Source: Bacilli bacterium (GTDB taxonomy: Bacteria; Bacillota_I; Bacilli_A; RFN20; CAG-826). From it: a stretch of DNA of 64,000 nt. The stretch covers positions 1 through 64,000 of the forward strand of contig JAZQOV010000011.1 in assembly GCA_045628045.1 (NCBI GenBank), written 5' to 3'. Each line of letters begins with the position of its first letter. Position 1 is the first letter of the stretch. A model generated the notes under the pieces. The model was not told the DNA's origin, made no database searches, and saw nothing but the letters and a program-made list of their open reading frames with translations. Of the stretch, positions 47,260 to 57,032 are shown piece by piece. Made by a program: the position numbers and the translations under genes.

Positions 47260-48150
47260 TTATTTAGATTTAGCACGATTAAGTAGTTTTGCTATTAATA
47301 ATGAAGATAAATATAGTTCTAATGAAACAAGTGTTGTAATAGCGAGTGTTTCTATTGTTCCTATCTTATCTAGGCTTATATGAAGAAGCATCTTATTAAT
47401 TACATAGCCAATTCCTAATCCTAATAAAGAGAATATGATTATTATTAATAATGCTTTACGAGTTCTTGGCTTTTTATCTTTTATTAAATAAAGTTTTAAC
47501 GAGAATGCTTCTGCCGCTACAAGGATGATAGCGGTAATCCAATATAATAAATAAAATTTATTCCCGCCTACGTACTCGTACGAGCCCACAAGTGCGCTAC
47601 AAGATCCAAGAAGTGGGATTATAAACGACAAGATTGTTGGTAAGGAGAATTTTGAATTCTTTTTAACGGAAATCATATGCTCTTTATCAAGTACAAGAAG
47701 TGGGAAGTTTAATTCCACATCTGCGAGTTTGTTTATATCTAATTTAAATGACTCTAATTTATCAAAAGAAACATAAAGAGGATTATATTTATTTACGATT
47801 TTAATTAGAGTCTTTATTTTCTCAATTTGTTGAGCCTCTGATAATTTATTATCAGTTTTTAACATTACAAGTTCATTTAAAATCTTCTTTCCTTGATTTT
47901 CATTAAAGGAATTTTGTGCAAAATTTGCCATGAAAAAACCAACTTTATTCATGTTAATTTTTATTTGCACAACATCATTAATTTCATTCTTGTTTGAGTC
48001 AATTATTTTTAGACCCATAACCTTATTTTTCGCATATGATTTATTTAGCGAAGAAATGAAGTCTTTATCTCTAATAACGACAATGTTATTTTCAAAACTA
48101 AATTTGCGACTTGAATCGGAAATTTGGAATGTGATTTGATTTTTTTCCAT
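47260..48150 (-). CDS. Hypothetical membrane protein (4 C-terminal TM)
   Basis: Soluble N-terminus, four hydrophobic segments. Confidence 0.7.
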   Translation of the reverse strand: MEKNQITFQISDSSRKFSFENNIVVIRDKDFISSLNKSYAKNKVMGLKIIDSNKNEINDVVQIKINMNKVGFFMANFAQNSFNENQGKKILNELVMLKTDNKLSEAQQIEKIKTLIKIVNKYNPLYVSFDKLESFKLDINKLADVELNFPLLVLDKEHMISVKKNSKFSLPTILSFIIPLLGSCSALVGSYEYVGGNKFYLLYWITAIILVAAEAFSLKLYLIKDKKPRTRKALLIIIIFSLLGLGIGYVINKMLLHISLDKIGTIETLAITTLVSLELYLSSLLIAKLLNRAKSK

Positions 48151-48415
48151 AACGATATTTTAGATTATTATCAGTTATCTTTCTATACAAAAATTTTTAA
48201 AGTTATCCGCGAAATTACCATTATTTTCGGTATAAAACGCTCATTTTTTAAACTCAAATTGAACTTTTTTGACCACAAAATATTATTTTGATTGTTATTT
48301 AGAAGACACTTAATATAAAATATTAGAGAAGTAAGATTTAGTTCATTTATTTAAATTTGTAAAAAATGGTTGTCTATTTTATAAGACAAACTACATCTTA
48401 AGGAAGGATATCATT

Positions 48416-51232
48416 ATGAAAAAAAGTATCTCTGGAATCTTGTTAGCATCCGTTATGTCACTCGGCTTTTTAGCTGCACCTAGTACAGTTAAGGAATCAG
48501 GAAGTGCAGAGGAAGAAACAGCCATTACTTTACGCGCGAAGGCAAAAGAGGAAAGAAATTGTTTTATTTCCACTTTAGTTGAAAACATTACATCTGGGAA
48601 AACATATACCTTTAAAATTGATGGAAAGGATGTCGGTCGTTTTAGACTAACCAAATATAAAAAAGGCTGGGCAATTTCTAAGGGAACAATGTTTGTCGGC
48701 ATTCAAAATAAGAGAATTGTCTACAAATTAACCCCAACTGAATGGAATTATGAAGATGGTGCATTTAGCCTCCCAGTAAAAAAAGTAAATTTTGGTTTTA
48801 TCCATATTGATACTTCCGAACAACCAACCCAATACATTAAATCATTTAAAGTTGGTGCAAGATTAACCACCGAAAAAACTAACGTTGAAATTTATAACGT
48901 TATTCACACTGCGCACGCAATGACCGACTGGATTGATTGCGAAGATGGTGTACACCACAAGAAAGTTTGTTTAAATGAATGTGGTTACGAAGAAATTGGC
49001 GTTCATAACTTTGGTGAATTTAATAGTTCGCTTTATTGTCTTGATTGTGGCGCTATTAATCCAGGTGATCCTGAAGTTAATATTTCTGCTGCATTTAGAG
49101 AAGTAGAAACAGTCAATTATTTGAACATTCTTGTTGGAAAACCATTTAAATACACTACATATTATGCAGACGTTGATGTTTCATATAATAACGTTGGTAT
49201 TTCCAAAGTTGAATTAAGAATGAATGAACAAGGCGACTTTGTCGAAGGATATAGTTGCTCACTAAATTCAAGAATCAAAACTCTTGAAGTTAGAGTTACC
49301 GATACACGCAACAATGTTTACAACGAAGTATTCAAAAACCTCATTGTTTCATTTGATTTACAAGGTAAAGCATCAAAAATCGCTCCTATTACACATGTGG
49401 GCGAAGGCGATAAAATCGCTGCTCCAGAAAGACCAGCTCCAACAAAAGATGAAATCTTTGCTGGCTGGTACAAAGAAGCAGAATGCGAAAATCCTTGGGA
49501 TTTCGAAGTTGATACTGTCGAAGATGATACAGTTTTATATGCTAAGTACGTTAAAGGAAATACCCTTTCAAGTGTTTTAAGCTTAAGCTATGACATCTTC
49601 CCATACGCAACAAGCGCAACCCCAGTTCCAACAAAATCTTGGGTCAATGGCAAAGGCATTAGAGCATACATTTCAGGTGAAAACCTTGTTCTTTTAAACG
49701 GCACGAAGAAATTAACACTTCCTCTTGCAACCGAAATGTCTATTAACGAAAACAATGAATACATCATTCAAGAAGGATCTGTTACTTGGAAATTCAACCT
49801 TCTTAGATACTTTGGATTTGATTATTTAGGATATTTTGAAATCGAAGGTTCAGAAGGCTTTGATGGTGCTTATGGTAAAACAAGTTCAAGACTTACAACA
49901 GTTATTGCAAATGCAACAGGTATGGGTGGTTTCCCAGTTGGTGAAGCTCGTCCAGTAAATGCTTGGTCCAATGAAAAAGGAAATCGTTTATATGTAGATT
50001 CTGCTACTGGTGCAATTACAATTGAAAGCCCTAATAAAGAAGCAATTGTTCTTGAAAACAATGTTCCTGTTAATGTTTTTGATAACTATGTTATCAGAGA
50101 TGAAGAAAATAACATTAAGTTAATGCTTAACACTGAAAATGGTAAATTAACTTCTATTGAAGTTGTTACACTTGGATCATCTGAGGAAACTTCCGATTTC
50201 GGAACATTCATTCCAGCATATGATTTAGGTAGCCTTTTAGGTACCACATTCCCAGTTACAGATATTAACAAAGCTCCACTTGATGCTTGGTTAAATGGTA
50301 ATGGCGGAAAAGCATATATTGATGCAAATGGTAATTTTGCTATTGCAGATAACAACGGAATTGTTTACTCAGATTCCTTAGAAAAACCATACGTTTACAA
50401 AGATGGTTACTATGTAAATGTCGGTGCTACTGAAGAAAATTATGTTAAAGTTGGTTATGTGGATGATGTTGTAACCTCAATTATTGTTAATGGTAGCTTT
50501 GGTAGCGGTGCAAATGGCACTTACACAGCTTTAGGAATTACTGTTTCATCTGTATTAGACACACTTAAAGTAATCTTCCCATATTTCAATGGAAATGGTG
50601 AAGTTTGGAGCAGTGCTTCTGGCGCAACAGTTTATTATGATGAAGATGCAAAAGCTATCGTTTTCAACACATTCTCACTTGCAGATACAACTGCATGTAT
50701 TAGAGATGGTGAAAACTATGTTTGCACATATAAGAAAGGCTATGACAGCGCAAAGGTTACCTTTGTTATGGATAATGGAACATTAACATCAATTGTTGTT
50801 TCAGATGCTTCCCTTATGATTAGACGTGCAAATGGTGAATACGTTCCAACATCATTTATTGAAACTGTTAAAGATGTATTAGATTGCTCTAGTAGAGCAT
50901 TCCCAGTTAGATCAGCTGAAAATAATAACAATTCTTCAGCAATTCCAGAAGAAGCTTGGGAAAATGAAAATGGCATTAAGTGCTTCATTCAAAATGGCGA
51001 AGATACTCAATCATTAGTCTTCTGTGAAGTCTTAGACGTCAAAGGCTACAAGATTGAAAAGAAAATCACTATCGACAATATTCTTGATAATATTGATCAA
51101 GCTGAAGGTGATTATGTCTATCAATATTTCACATTTAAGATGACAAGAGGTGTCCTCTCAAGTATTGAAGTTAACTATCCACAAGGTAGCTTATATATTT
51201 CATTCAACGGTTCATATCAACCAGTTCTTTAA
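48416..51232 (+). CDS. Secreted repeat protein with one InlB B-repeat and about five ~110 aa repeats
   Basis: Signal peptide; FAGWYKEAEC..WDFEVDTVEDDTVLYAKY; recurring 'VL....FP......AW.N..G.K.Y' units. Confidence 0.7.
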   Translation: MKKSISGILLASVMSLGFLAAPSTVKESGSAEEETAITLRAKAKEERNCFISTLVENITSGKTYTFKIDGKDVGRFRLTKYKKGWAISKGTMFVGIQNKRIVYKLTPTEWNYEDGAFSLPVKKVNFGFIHIDTSEQPTQYIKSFKVGARLTTEKTNVEIYNVIHTAHAMTDWIDCEDGVHHKKVCLNECGYEEIGVHNFGEFNSSLYCLDCGAINPGDPEVNISAAFREVETVNYLNILVGKPFKYTTYYADVDVSYNNVGISKVELRMNEQGDFVEGYSCSLNSRIKTLEVRVTDTRNNVYNEVFKNLIVSFDLQGKASKIAPITHVGEGDKIAAPERPAPTKDEIFAGWYKEAECENPWDFEVDTVEDDTVLYAKYVKGNTLSSVLSLSYDIFPYATSATPVPTKSWVNGKGIRAYISGENLVLLNGTKKLTLPLATEMSINENNEYIIQEGSVTWKFNLLRYFGFDYLGYFEIEGSEGFDGAYGKTSSRLTTVIANATGMGGFPVGEARPVNAWSNEKGNRLYVDSATGAITIESPNKEAIVLENNVPVNVFDNYVIRDEENNIKLMLNTENGKLTSIEVVTLGSSEETSDFGTFIPAYDLGSLLGTTFPVTDINKAPLDAWLNGNGGKAYIDANGNFAIADNNGIVYSDSLEKPYVYKDGYYVNVGATEENYVKVGYVDDVVTSIIVNGSFGSGANGTYTALGITVSSVLDTLKVIFPYFNGNGEVWSSASGATVYYDEDAKAIVFNTFSLADTTACIRDGENYVCTYKKGYDSAKVTFVMDNGTLTSIVVSDASLMIRRANGEYVPTSFIETVKDVLDCSSRAFPVRSAENNNNSSAIPEEAWENENGIKCFIQNGEDTQSLVFCEVLDVKGYKIEKKITIDNILDNIDQAEGDYVYQYFTFKMTRGVLSSIEVNYPQGSLYISFNGSYQPVL

Positions 51233-51244
51233 TAAAAAATAACA

Positions 51245-53236
51245 ATGATTAACTTTGTTAAAGCGATAAAAATAATATGCGCTACTTTTAGCGCACTTAC
51301 ATCAATGTTTGGCATTAAGCCAAATCATGATAAAAAATACACCTATGTTTCTTTAGGTGATTCCATGTCTACTGGTTTTGGCTTTGATGACTATTATATT
51401 GACGACGAAATCATTCCGGTTGAATCAATGGAACATTATAGACCAGAAGACGGTCATAAAAATGTTCATGGATTTTTAAGAGAGGCCAAAGAAGCTTATC
51501 CAACCTTAGTTCATTCTTATCTAAAAGATAAATATGGAGAAGAGAATGTTGAGCATATTCAATTAGCGGTTAACGTTACAAGAATTGATGATATTTATTA
51601 TCATCTTAACAAAGACGCAAAAACTGACGAATTTTATCAAGCCCTTTTTGAAGATAATGGTCATGGTGATCAATGGAATGATGTTTTTGCTAATAGAGCA
51701 AGACAATTTGGTTACACTACAAATGAAGATAACAACGAAGCTGTAGTTGAAACATACGTAAATTCTATAAAGAAAGCCGATTTAATAACTTTAAATGCTG
51801 GATTTAATAACTTTGGTTGTTTCTTTAGCGGAAAATTAGGCGACATTATTGAAGGTTTGCCTATTGCCGAAAGCTTTGGAGGTCACGACACTCTCCAAGG
51901 ATTCTTAGATAGAACTGGTGTTGATCTTAATATTGGCGAAGTTTATGAGCAAATAAATGATATTTTTCATAGTTACACTGGACTTGATTTAACTTCGTAT
52001 GAAAAGGTCAAAGTTGGTGGCTATAACATTAATGTTAAATATTTATTAGAACTCATTGTTACTGCCTTTGCTTCATATTGTTATTATATGAATGAGACCA
52101 CTAAATTAATTTATGAATTAAATCCAGATGTTGAATTAGTGGTAATTGGATTATTTAATATCCTAAAGGGTATTAAACTTTCTGTTAATGATATAACAAT
52201 TGATGTTGGTGAAATCACTAGCAAGATTTTTGAACTTGTTAATTTACATACAGCCTTAGGAACAGAATGTTCAAATAAATACAAATTCGTGGATTCTACA
52301 GATTTAAACGTTGGTATTCATGCTGAAGATATTGCTAATGGCACAATGGACGAAGAACAAGTAAGACGTGCATACATTGGCTTATACACAATGGCTAAAG
52401 AAGTTGGTGTTGATATTCCAACATTTACTATAGTAAAAGACCAAATTAATGGAGCCATGATTAATTTAGGCAATCTTGATTTTGATATCTCTGAATATAT
52501 TGTTGATGAAGATGAAAATCCATTAACTGATGCTGAGGCTTATGAGACTAAGTGGTTAGCATCATCCTTGGTGTTTGGTGAAGAGAATGCTAACAGCATT
52601 AATAGCGTGCTTAACGAGTATTATGGCGTCATTGATTCACTCTTTAATGTTCTAAAACGCGCCACAAACTCAAAAACAGTCACTTTAGAAGCTCTTTCTA
52701 GTTTAGGTGAAAGTATTTCTGTTGAACAAATTAATAATGGCGATTTTGATGGTTTAATTAATATTTATGTTCGCATTGTTATCAACAATGGAATGTGGAG
52801 TCATCCTAACGAAGAAGGGCACATTGAAATTTCAAAAGCAGTTATTGAAACACTTGAAAGTCATAAAACTGCAAAAGAAGTTGGAGAAGAAAGAATTAGA
52901 AACATTCTCACTAACATTACTTCTGAAATAGATTCGCTAGTGGATGAGTTAAAAACTCAAATTGGAATTGAGACAAAAACACTTCTTGTAAAGTTTATTG
53001 GAGAAAAAGGTTATGAAAAAGTAATTGAAGTCTCCACAAAAGTTTATAAACTCATTAAAGAATGCATTAGAATTTTGAATTTTATAGATCAATTTTTATC
53101 TTTGATAAAAGAATACAATCCTATTCTTTATAAATTCATCGAAAATTTTAATGGTAATTTGCAAAAATATTTGGTTAATCCATTTATTAAGAAGATTTTA
53201 TCTTCAAATCGTTTTTGCAATATTTTATTAGGATAA
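51245..53236 (+). CDS. Secreted SGNH/GDSL hydrolase
   Basis: YVSLGDSMSTG, ADLITLNAGFNN, NPDVELVVIG, HPNEEGH. Confidence 0.85.
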   Translation: MINFVKAIKIICATFSALTSMFGIKPNHDKKYTYVSLGDSMSTGFGFDDYYIDDEIIPVESMEHYRPEDGHKNVHGFLREAKEAYPTLVHSYLKDKYGEENVEHIQLAVNVTRIDDIYYHLNKDAKTDEFYQALFEDNGHGDQWNDVFANRARQFGYTTNEDNNEAVVETYVNSIKKADLITLNAGFNNFGCFFSGKLGDIIEGLPIAESFGGHDTLQGFLDRTGVDLNIGEVYEQINDIFHSYTGLDLTSYEKVKVGGYNINVKYLLELIVTAFASYCYYMNETTKLIYELNPDVELVVIGLFNILKGIKLSVNDITIDVGEITSKIFELVNLHTALGTECSNKYKFVDSTDLNVGIHAEDIANGTMDEEQVRRAYIGLYTMAKEVGVDIPTFTIVKDQINGAMINLGNLDFDISEYIVDEDENPLTDAEAYETKWLASSLVFGEENANSINSVLNEYYGVIDSLFNVLKRATNSKTVTLEALSSLGESISVEQINNGDFDGLINIYVRIVINNGMWSHPNEEGHIEISKAVIETLESHKTAKEVGEERIRNILTNITSEIDSLVDELKTQIGIETKTLLVKFIGEKGYEKVIEVSTKVYKLIKECIRILNFIDQFLSLIKEYNPILYKFIENFNGNLQKYLVNPFIKKILSSNRFCNILLG

Positions 53237-53241
53237 TTATT

Positions 53242-54351
53242 ATGAAAAAGAATAAGGCTTTGGATTTCTTATCAACATCACTTAACGGGATGGCGTATGG
53301 TCTTTTTTCTACACTTATTATTGGAACAATAATTGCTACAATTGGTTTAATTTTCTCAAATTGGAATAATTCCTTTTGTAACTTTATGGTTGATTTATTA
53401 GGAACTAATAACGTAAACAAAGGAATATCATTTATACTAAAAAATTTAACTGGTGTTGGAATTGGTGTTGGAATTGCCTTATCTTTAAAGCTTGGTTCTC
53501 TTGAAACAATTACATTAGGAATAGTTGGTGAAATTGCAGCACTTGCTGGCAAAAATTCTAATGGTTTTCCTGTTATTACTTCAACCTTTGCAGTTGGTGA
53601 TCCATTGCTTATTTTTGTAGCTTGCATTTTGGTTGTTCTACTTTTTAAAGTAGTTTTAAAGAAAAAGACTTCTTTAGATATATTTATAATTCCTCTTTTA
53701 GGCGTCGTTGGAGGCGTTTTAATTACCCTTGTGGCATATTATCCAACTTGGGCAATTACATATGGAATTAGATGGTTAATTTCTGAAGGCACAACACTTA
53801 TGCCATTCCTCATGGGAATTGTAGTCGCTGTATTAATGGGAGTTGCACTTACTGCACCTATTTCTAGTGCGGCAATTGCTGCTATTATCTTTGGCTCAGG
53901 AGTTACAATGAGCGAAGGACTAGCTTTAGCTAGTGGAGCAGCGGTTGTGGGTTGCTCAACTCAAATGATTGGTTTTGCAATTCAATCAATTAGAGATAAC
54001 AAATTTGGGCAAGTAGTTTCTGTAGGAATCGGAACTTCTATGCTTCAATTTAAAAATATCATTAAAAAGCCAGTTATTTGGCTTCCAACAATTATTGCGT
54101 CTGCTATTTTAGGTCCAATTTCGACTTGTGTATTAAAGCTTCAATGTTTTGGAGTAGCATCTGGAATGGGTACAGCAGGACTTGTTGGTCAAATTGGAAC
54201 TTATTCATCAATGGGAAATACATGGCAAACCTGGGTTGGAATATTCGGAATGCAGATTATTTTCCCAATGATTCTTGTATTTTTTATTGATCTTATTTTT
54301 AGGAAATTTGGCCTCATTAAGAAGGGTGACTTATCACTAAAAAATGAATAA
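53242..54351 (+). CDS. PTS EIIC-like membrane protein (stand-alone)
   Basis: LNGMAYGLFSTLIIG, LTAPISSAAI, GIGTSMLQ, SGMGTAGLVG; no EIIA/EIIB gene adjacent. Confidence 0.85.
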   Translation: MKKNKALDFLSTSLNGMAYGLFSTLIIGTIIATIGLIFSNWNNSFCNFMVDLLGTNNVNKGISFILKNLTGVGIGVGIALSLKLGSLETITLGIVGEIAALAGKNSNGFPVITSTFAVGDPLLIFVACILVVLLFKVVLKKKTSLDIFIIPLLGVVGGVLITLVAYYPTWAITYGIRWLISEGTTLMPFLMGIVVAVLMGVALTAPISSAAIAAIIFGSGVTMSEGLALASGAAVVGCSTQMIGFAIQSIRDNKFGQVVSVGIGTSMLQFKNIIKKPVIWLPTIIASAILGPISTCVLKLQCFGVASGMGTAGLVGQIGTYSSMGNTWQTWVGIFGMQIIFPMILVFFIDLIFRKFGLIKKGDLSLKNE

Positions 54352-54774
54352 TGAATATTGTTTTTAACAAGTTCTTGCAAAGCAAGAAAAGTTGTTTTTG
54401 AAATATTCTAGATCTTCTTAAAATGTTTCTTAGTCTTCTGTGCGTCTAATAATTCTTTTTCCAATTCTTCTTTCTTTGGGAGATGAGTTATATATTTAGT
54501 CACAAAGATTTGGTTCGTAATATTTCCTAGTGCATATTCTACCTGTATGTGATCATAGTCAGTACACATGACAATACCAACAGGGTCATTGTCGCTCGAT
54601 TTATTAACGTTTTCCTTAAAATAATTTAGGTAAGTGTTAATTTGGCCCATTACATCTTTTTTAAATGGAGTGGCTTTTAGCTCAATGAGCACATAACATT
54701 TAAGATTTTCATTATAGAACACTAAATCGACAAAATATTTCTTGTTATCAATTAAAAATTGATACTGATTATCA

Positions 54775-54960
54775 TTGAACTACCCCCACTTAAACATTCT
54801 ATGTTTAGAAGATGGGGGATTCCTACTCAAGAATCCTCGAGGATTCAGTGTCGATAGGCTAACCCCGTAGTTCCTACGGTTTGGTGGACTACCACTATTG
54901 TTTTTGAAGTACTAATCTAATTCCTTCTTTTTTGATATTAATTGCTGCATTTATATCTCT
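54775..54960 (-). ncRNA. Predicted TnpB omega/reRNA scaffold (5' boundary approximate)
   Basis: Right-end region with accgtaggaactacgggg and ccccc..ggggg hairpins ending GTTCAA; location follows established TnpB biology. Confidence 0.65.
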
Positions 54961-56043
54961 ATCATGCTTTCTACCACAGATAGGACAAATCCAATCTCTA
55001 TCATTTAATTCAAGACTTTTGTTGATGTAACCACAATCACTGCAAGTTTTACTAGACGGAAAGTACCTATCTACTTTTATTAATTCCTTACCTAACCATC
55101 TTAATTTGTAATCTAGAAAATTGACAAAAGTTCCATATGCTCGATCAGATAGATTTCTGCCCAACTTCATTTTTGTATCTTTTGATTGCATTGATTTCAA
55201 ATCTAAATTTTCTACAAAAACATAATCGTATTTATTTGCAATTTTTCTGGATTCTTTATGCAAAAAATCTTTCCTAGAATTTGAAATATGAAGTTGAAGT
55301 TTTCTGACTTTTTGCCAGGATTTAATGGAGTTTTTGCTACCTTTTTGGCATTTTGATGCTCTTCTGGTTAATTTTGCAAGTTTCTCCATTTCGTTTTGAA
55401 GATACTTTGGCATATCTGCGTGATTGCCATCGCTATCGACATAAAGATGTGACAAAGAAAAATCTAATCCTATTGAGTTGTTGATATCAAGTTTTTCAAG
55501 CTTGTCGAATAACTCGACGTTTGGATTATCTTCTTCACCAGTCAATGTCACAAAATACATGTTTGCAACTCTAGAGATGGTGACTGTGGTAAAAGAGAAT
55601 GATTCAGGCATCAAACGAGATACTACAACTTTAACTCTGCCTAATTTAGGAATTTGGATTTCGTTACCATCAAGGCGGAGGTTATTGTTGATTTTCATAG
55701 TTGTGTAGCTATGATCATTTCTTTTGGATTTAAATTTTGGAAAAGAACCTCTATGTTCAAAGAAATTAATATACGCAGCATGTAAATGAATAATGGCTTG
55801 TTGCAAAGCAACACTATCAACTTCTTTTAAGTATTCATACCCTTCTTTGTAATCAGGAAGTATTTTGACTAAATCAAATTTTCTCAATTTAAAAGAAGGA
55901 TCTTCCGCGTGCTTTTCGACACACATTTCAAGAAAATCATTATAGACTTGGCGAACGCATCCTAAAGTTTTCTCAATTTGTTGTTTTTGAGAAGAATTAG
56001 GATAGATTCGAAATTTATAAGCTTTCTTTATTTTCTTTTCCAT
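54895..56043 (-). CDS. tnpB: RNA-guided endonuclease TnpB
   Basis: KAYKFRIYP HTH, RuvC-I GLDFS, RuvC-II VENL, zinc finger CSDC/CPIC, RuvC-III DRDINAA; catalytic D-E-D intact. Confidence 0.95.
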   Translation of the reverse strand: MEKKIKKAYKFRIYPNSSQKQQIEKTLGCVRQVYNDFLEMCVEKHAEDPSFKLRKFDLVKILPDYKEGYEYLKEVDSVALQQAIIHLHAAYINFFEHRGSFPKFKSKRNDHSYTTMKINNNLRLDGNEIQIPKLGRVKVVVSRLMPESFSFTTVTISRVANMYFVTLTGEEDNPNVELFDKLEKLDINNSIGLDFSLSHLYVDSDGNHADMPKYLQNEMEKLAKLTRRASKCQKGSKNSIKSWQKVRKLQLHISNSRKDFLHKESRKIANKYDYVFVENLDLKSMQSKDTKMKLGRNLSDRAYGTFVNFLDYKLRWLGKELIKVDRYFPSSKTCSDCGYINKSLELNDRDWICPICGRKHDRDINAAINIKKEGIRLVLQKQ

Positions 56044-56813
56044 ACTTATATTATACTATCATTTCTTAAGAAATGATAGTGTTATTTCATTTTTTGCTTG
56101 CAATTCATCCCGCCGCTTTACGAGCTTCAAGCGTGGGTCTTCTTGCTAAATTAGATAAATCTAAAACCTGAGCCTAGTTCTAAAAGGAATTCTTTCATGT
56201 GCGTTATAATACCTTTTTCAATTTCTTTTTCCCTAAGGTTAAAACCTTTTTTGAAGAAATTAATTACAATCGGATCTACCATTACATCTTTTGGTTCAAC
56301 AATCTGATTCCCAAGAGTGGATAATTGATTCTTTTTTGCCTCTATATTTTCTTTTGAGCCCAGTAAGATTCTTTGATAGTATCCCGATTGTATTTGTCTT
56401 TTTAAATCCCTGACAGACCATCTTTGTTTTGCACACTCTATTTCATAGAATTTTCTTTCTTCATCATTTTTTACATTTAGAAGACAAAAGTAATGCCCCC
56501 ATGATAAAGTGGGAAACAGTGTTTCCCAATTTTTATATATAATATAAAAATTTAACATTGCTTTAATGTTTCTTCTTGAATACCCAGAGCCGAATTCTTT
56601 GGTTAGCTCATTAGAAATTGAACTAATCGTGCGCTTTTTATAATCGCTTTTTCCTTTATTGGAGTCGATGTCTTTTTGAATTTGTTCCCCTATATACATA
56701 TAAAGCTTAAGTAATTCAGTATTAACGTTATATATGATTTTTGCCTTCGTTGTTTCTATTGCATTTTTTAAATTTATTACTAGTTTATTTTCTTTCATAA
56801 CCTTTCCTCCTCC

Positions 56814-56901
56814 GGCTTAAGAACATTTTAACATCTCTGAGGCTAACTGATTCCCGTTTTTCATAACACTCTAAAGAACAAAGTTCTTTCTTTTGAAAAT
56901 T
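56814..56901 (-). promoter_or_regulatory. Second copy of the 88 bp promoter module (see 22239-22326)
   Basis: gattcccgtttttcataaca..aaagaac-aaa-gttctttctttt shared with the first copy. Confidence 0.85.
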
Positions 56902-57032
56902 GACTGTTTTATGATTATTTTTAGTTTTATTAGATAGGTGAGATTTAATCAATAATGAATATACTTTTATAGAAAAAGTATTTTAAATTCATTATTATAT
57001 TAGTATAAGTTTTTAAAAAGAGGCCTTTTATT

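Larger units (their letters stand above)
54775..56154 (-). mobile_element. tnpB-only IS200/IS605-family element (1380 bp)
   Basis: Inserted 3' of TTTAT (56155-56159, minus strand), ends in TCAA, no target duplication; subterminal hairpins at both ends; no tnpA. Confidence 0.92.
54408..56798 (-). pseudogene. yhcG: YhcG/DUF1016 PD-(D/E)XK nuclease gene split by an IS605-family element
   Basis: N-part LSWGHY, ERKFYE, WSVRDLKRQI, FLLELGSGFRF; C-part NQYQFLID..FVDLVFYN..IELK..GQINTYL; rejoins in frame (FRFIDNQY) when 54775-56154 is removed. Confidence 0.9.

Noticed and set aside
54775-56154. IStron (group I intron-IS hybrid) restoring yhcG by splicing
   Set aside because: Only ~110 bp precede tnpB, too short for a group I intron core
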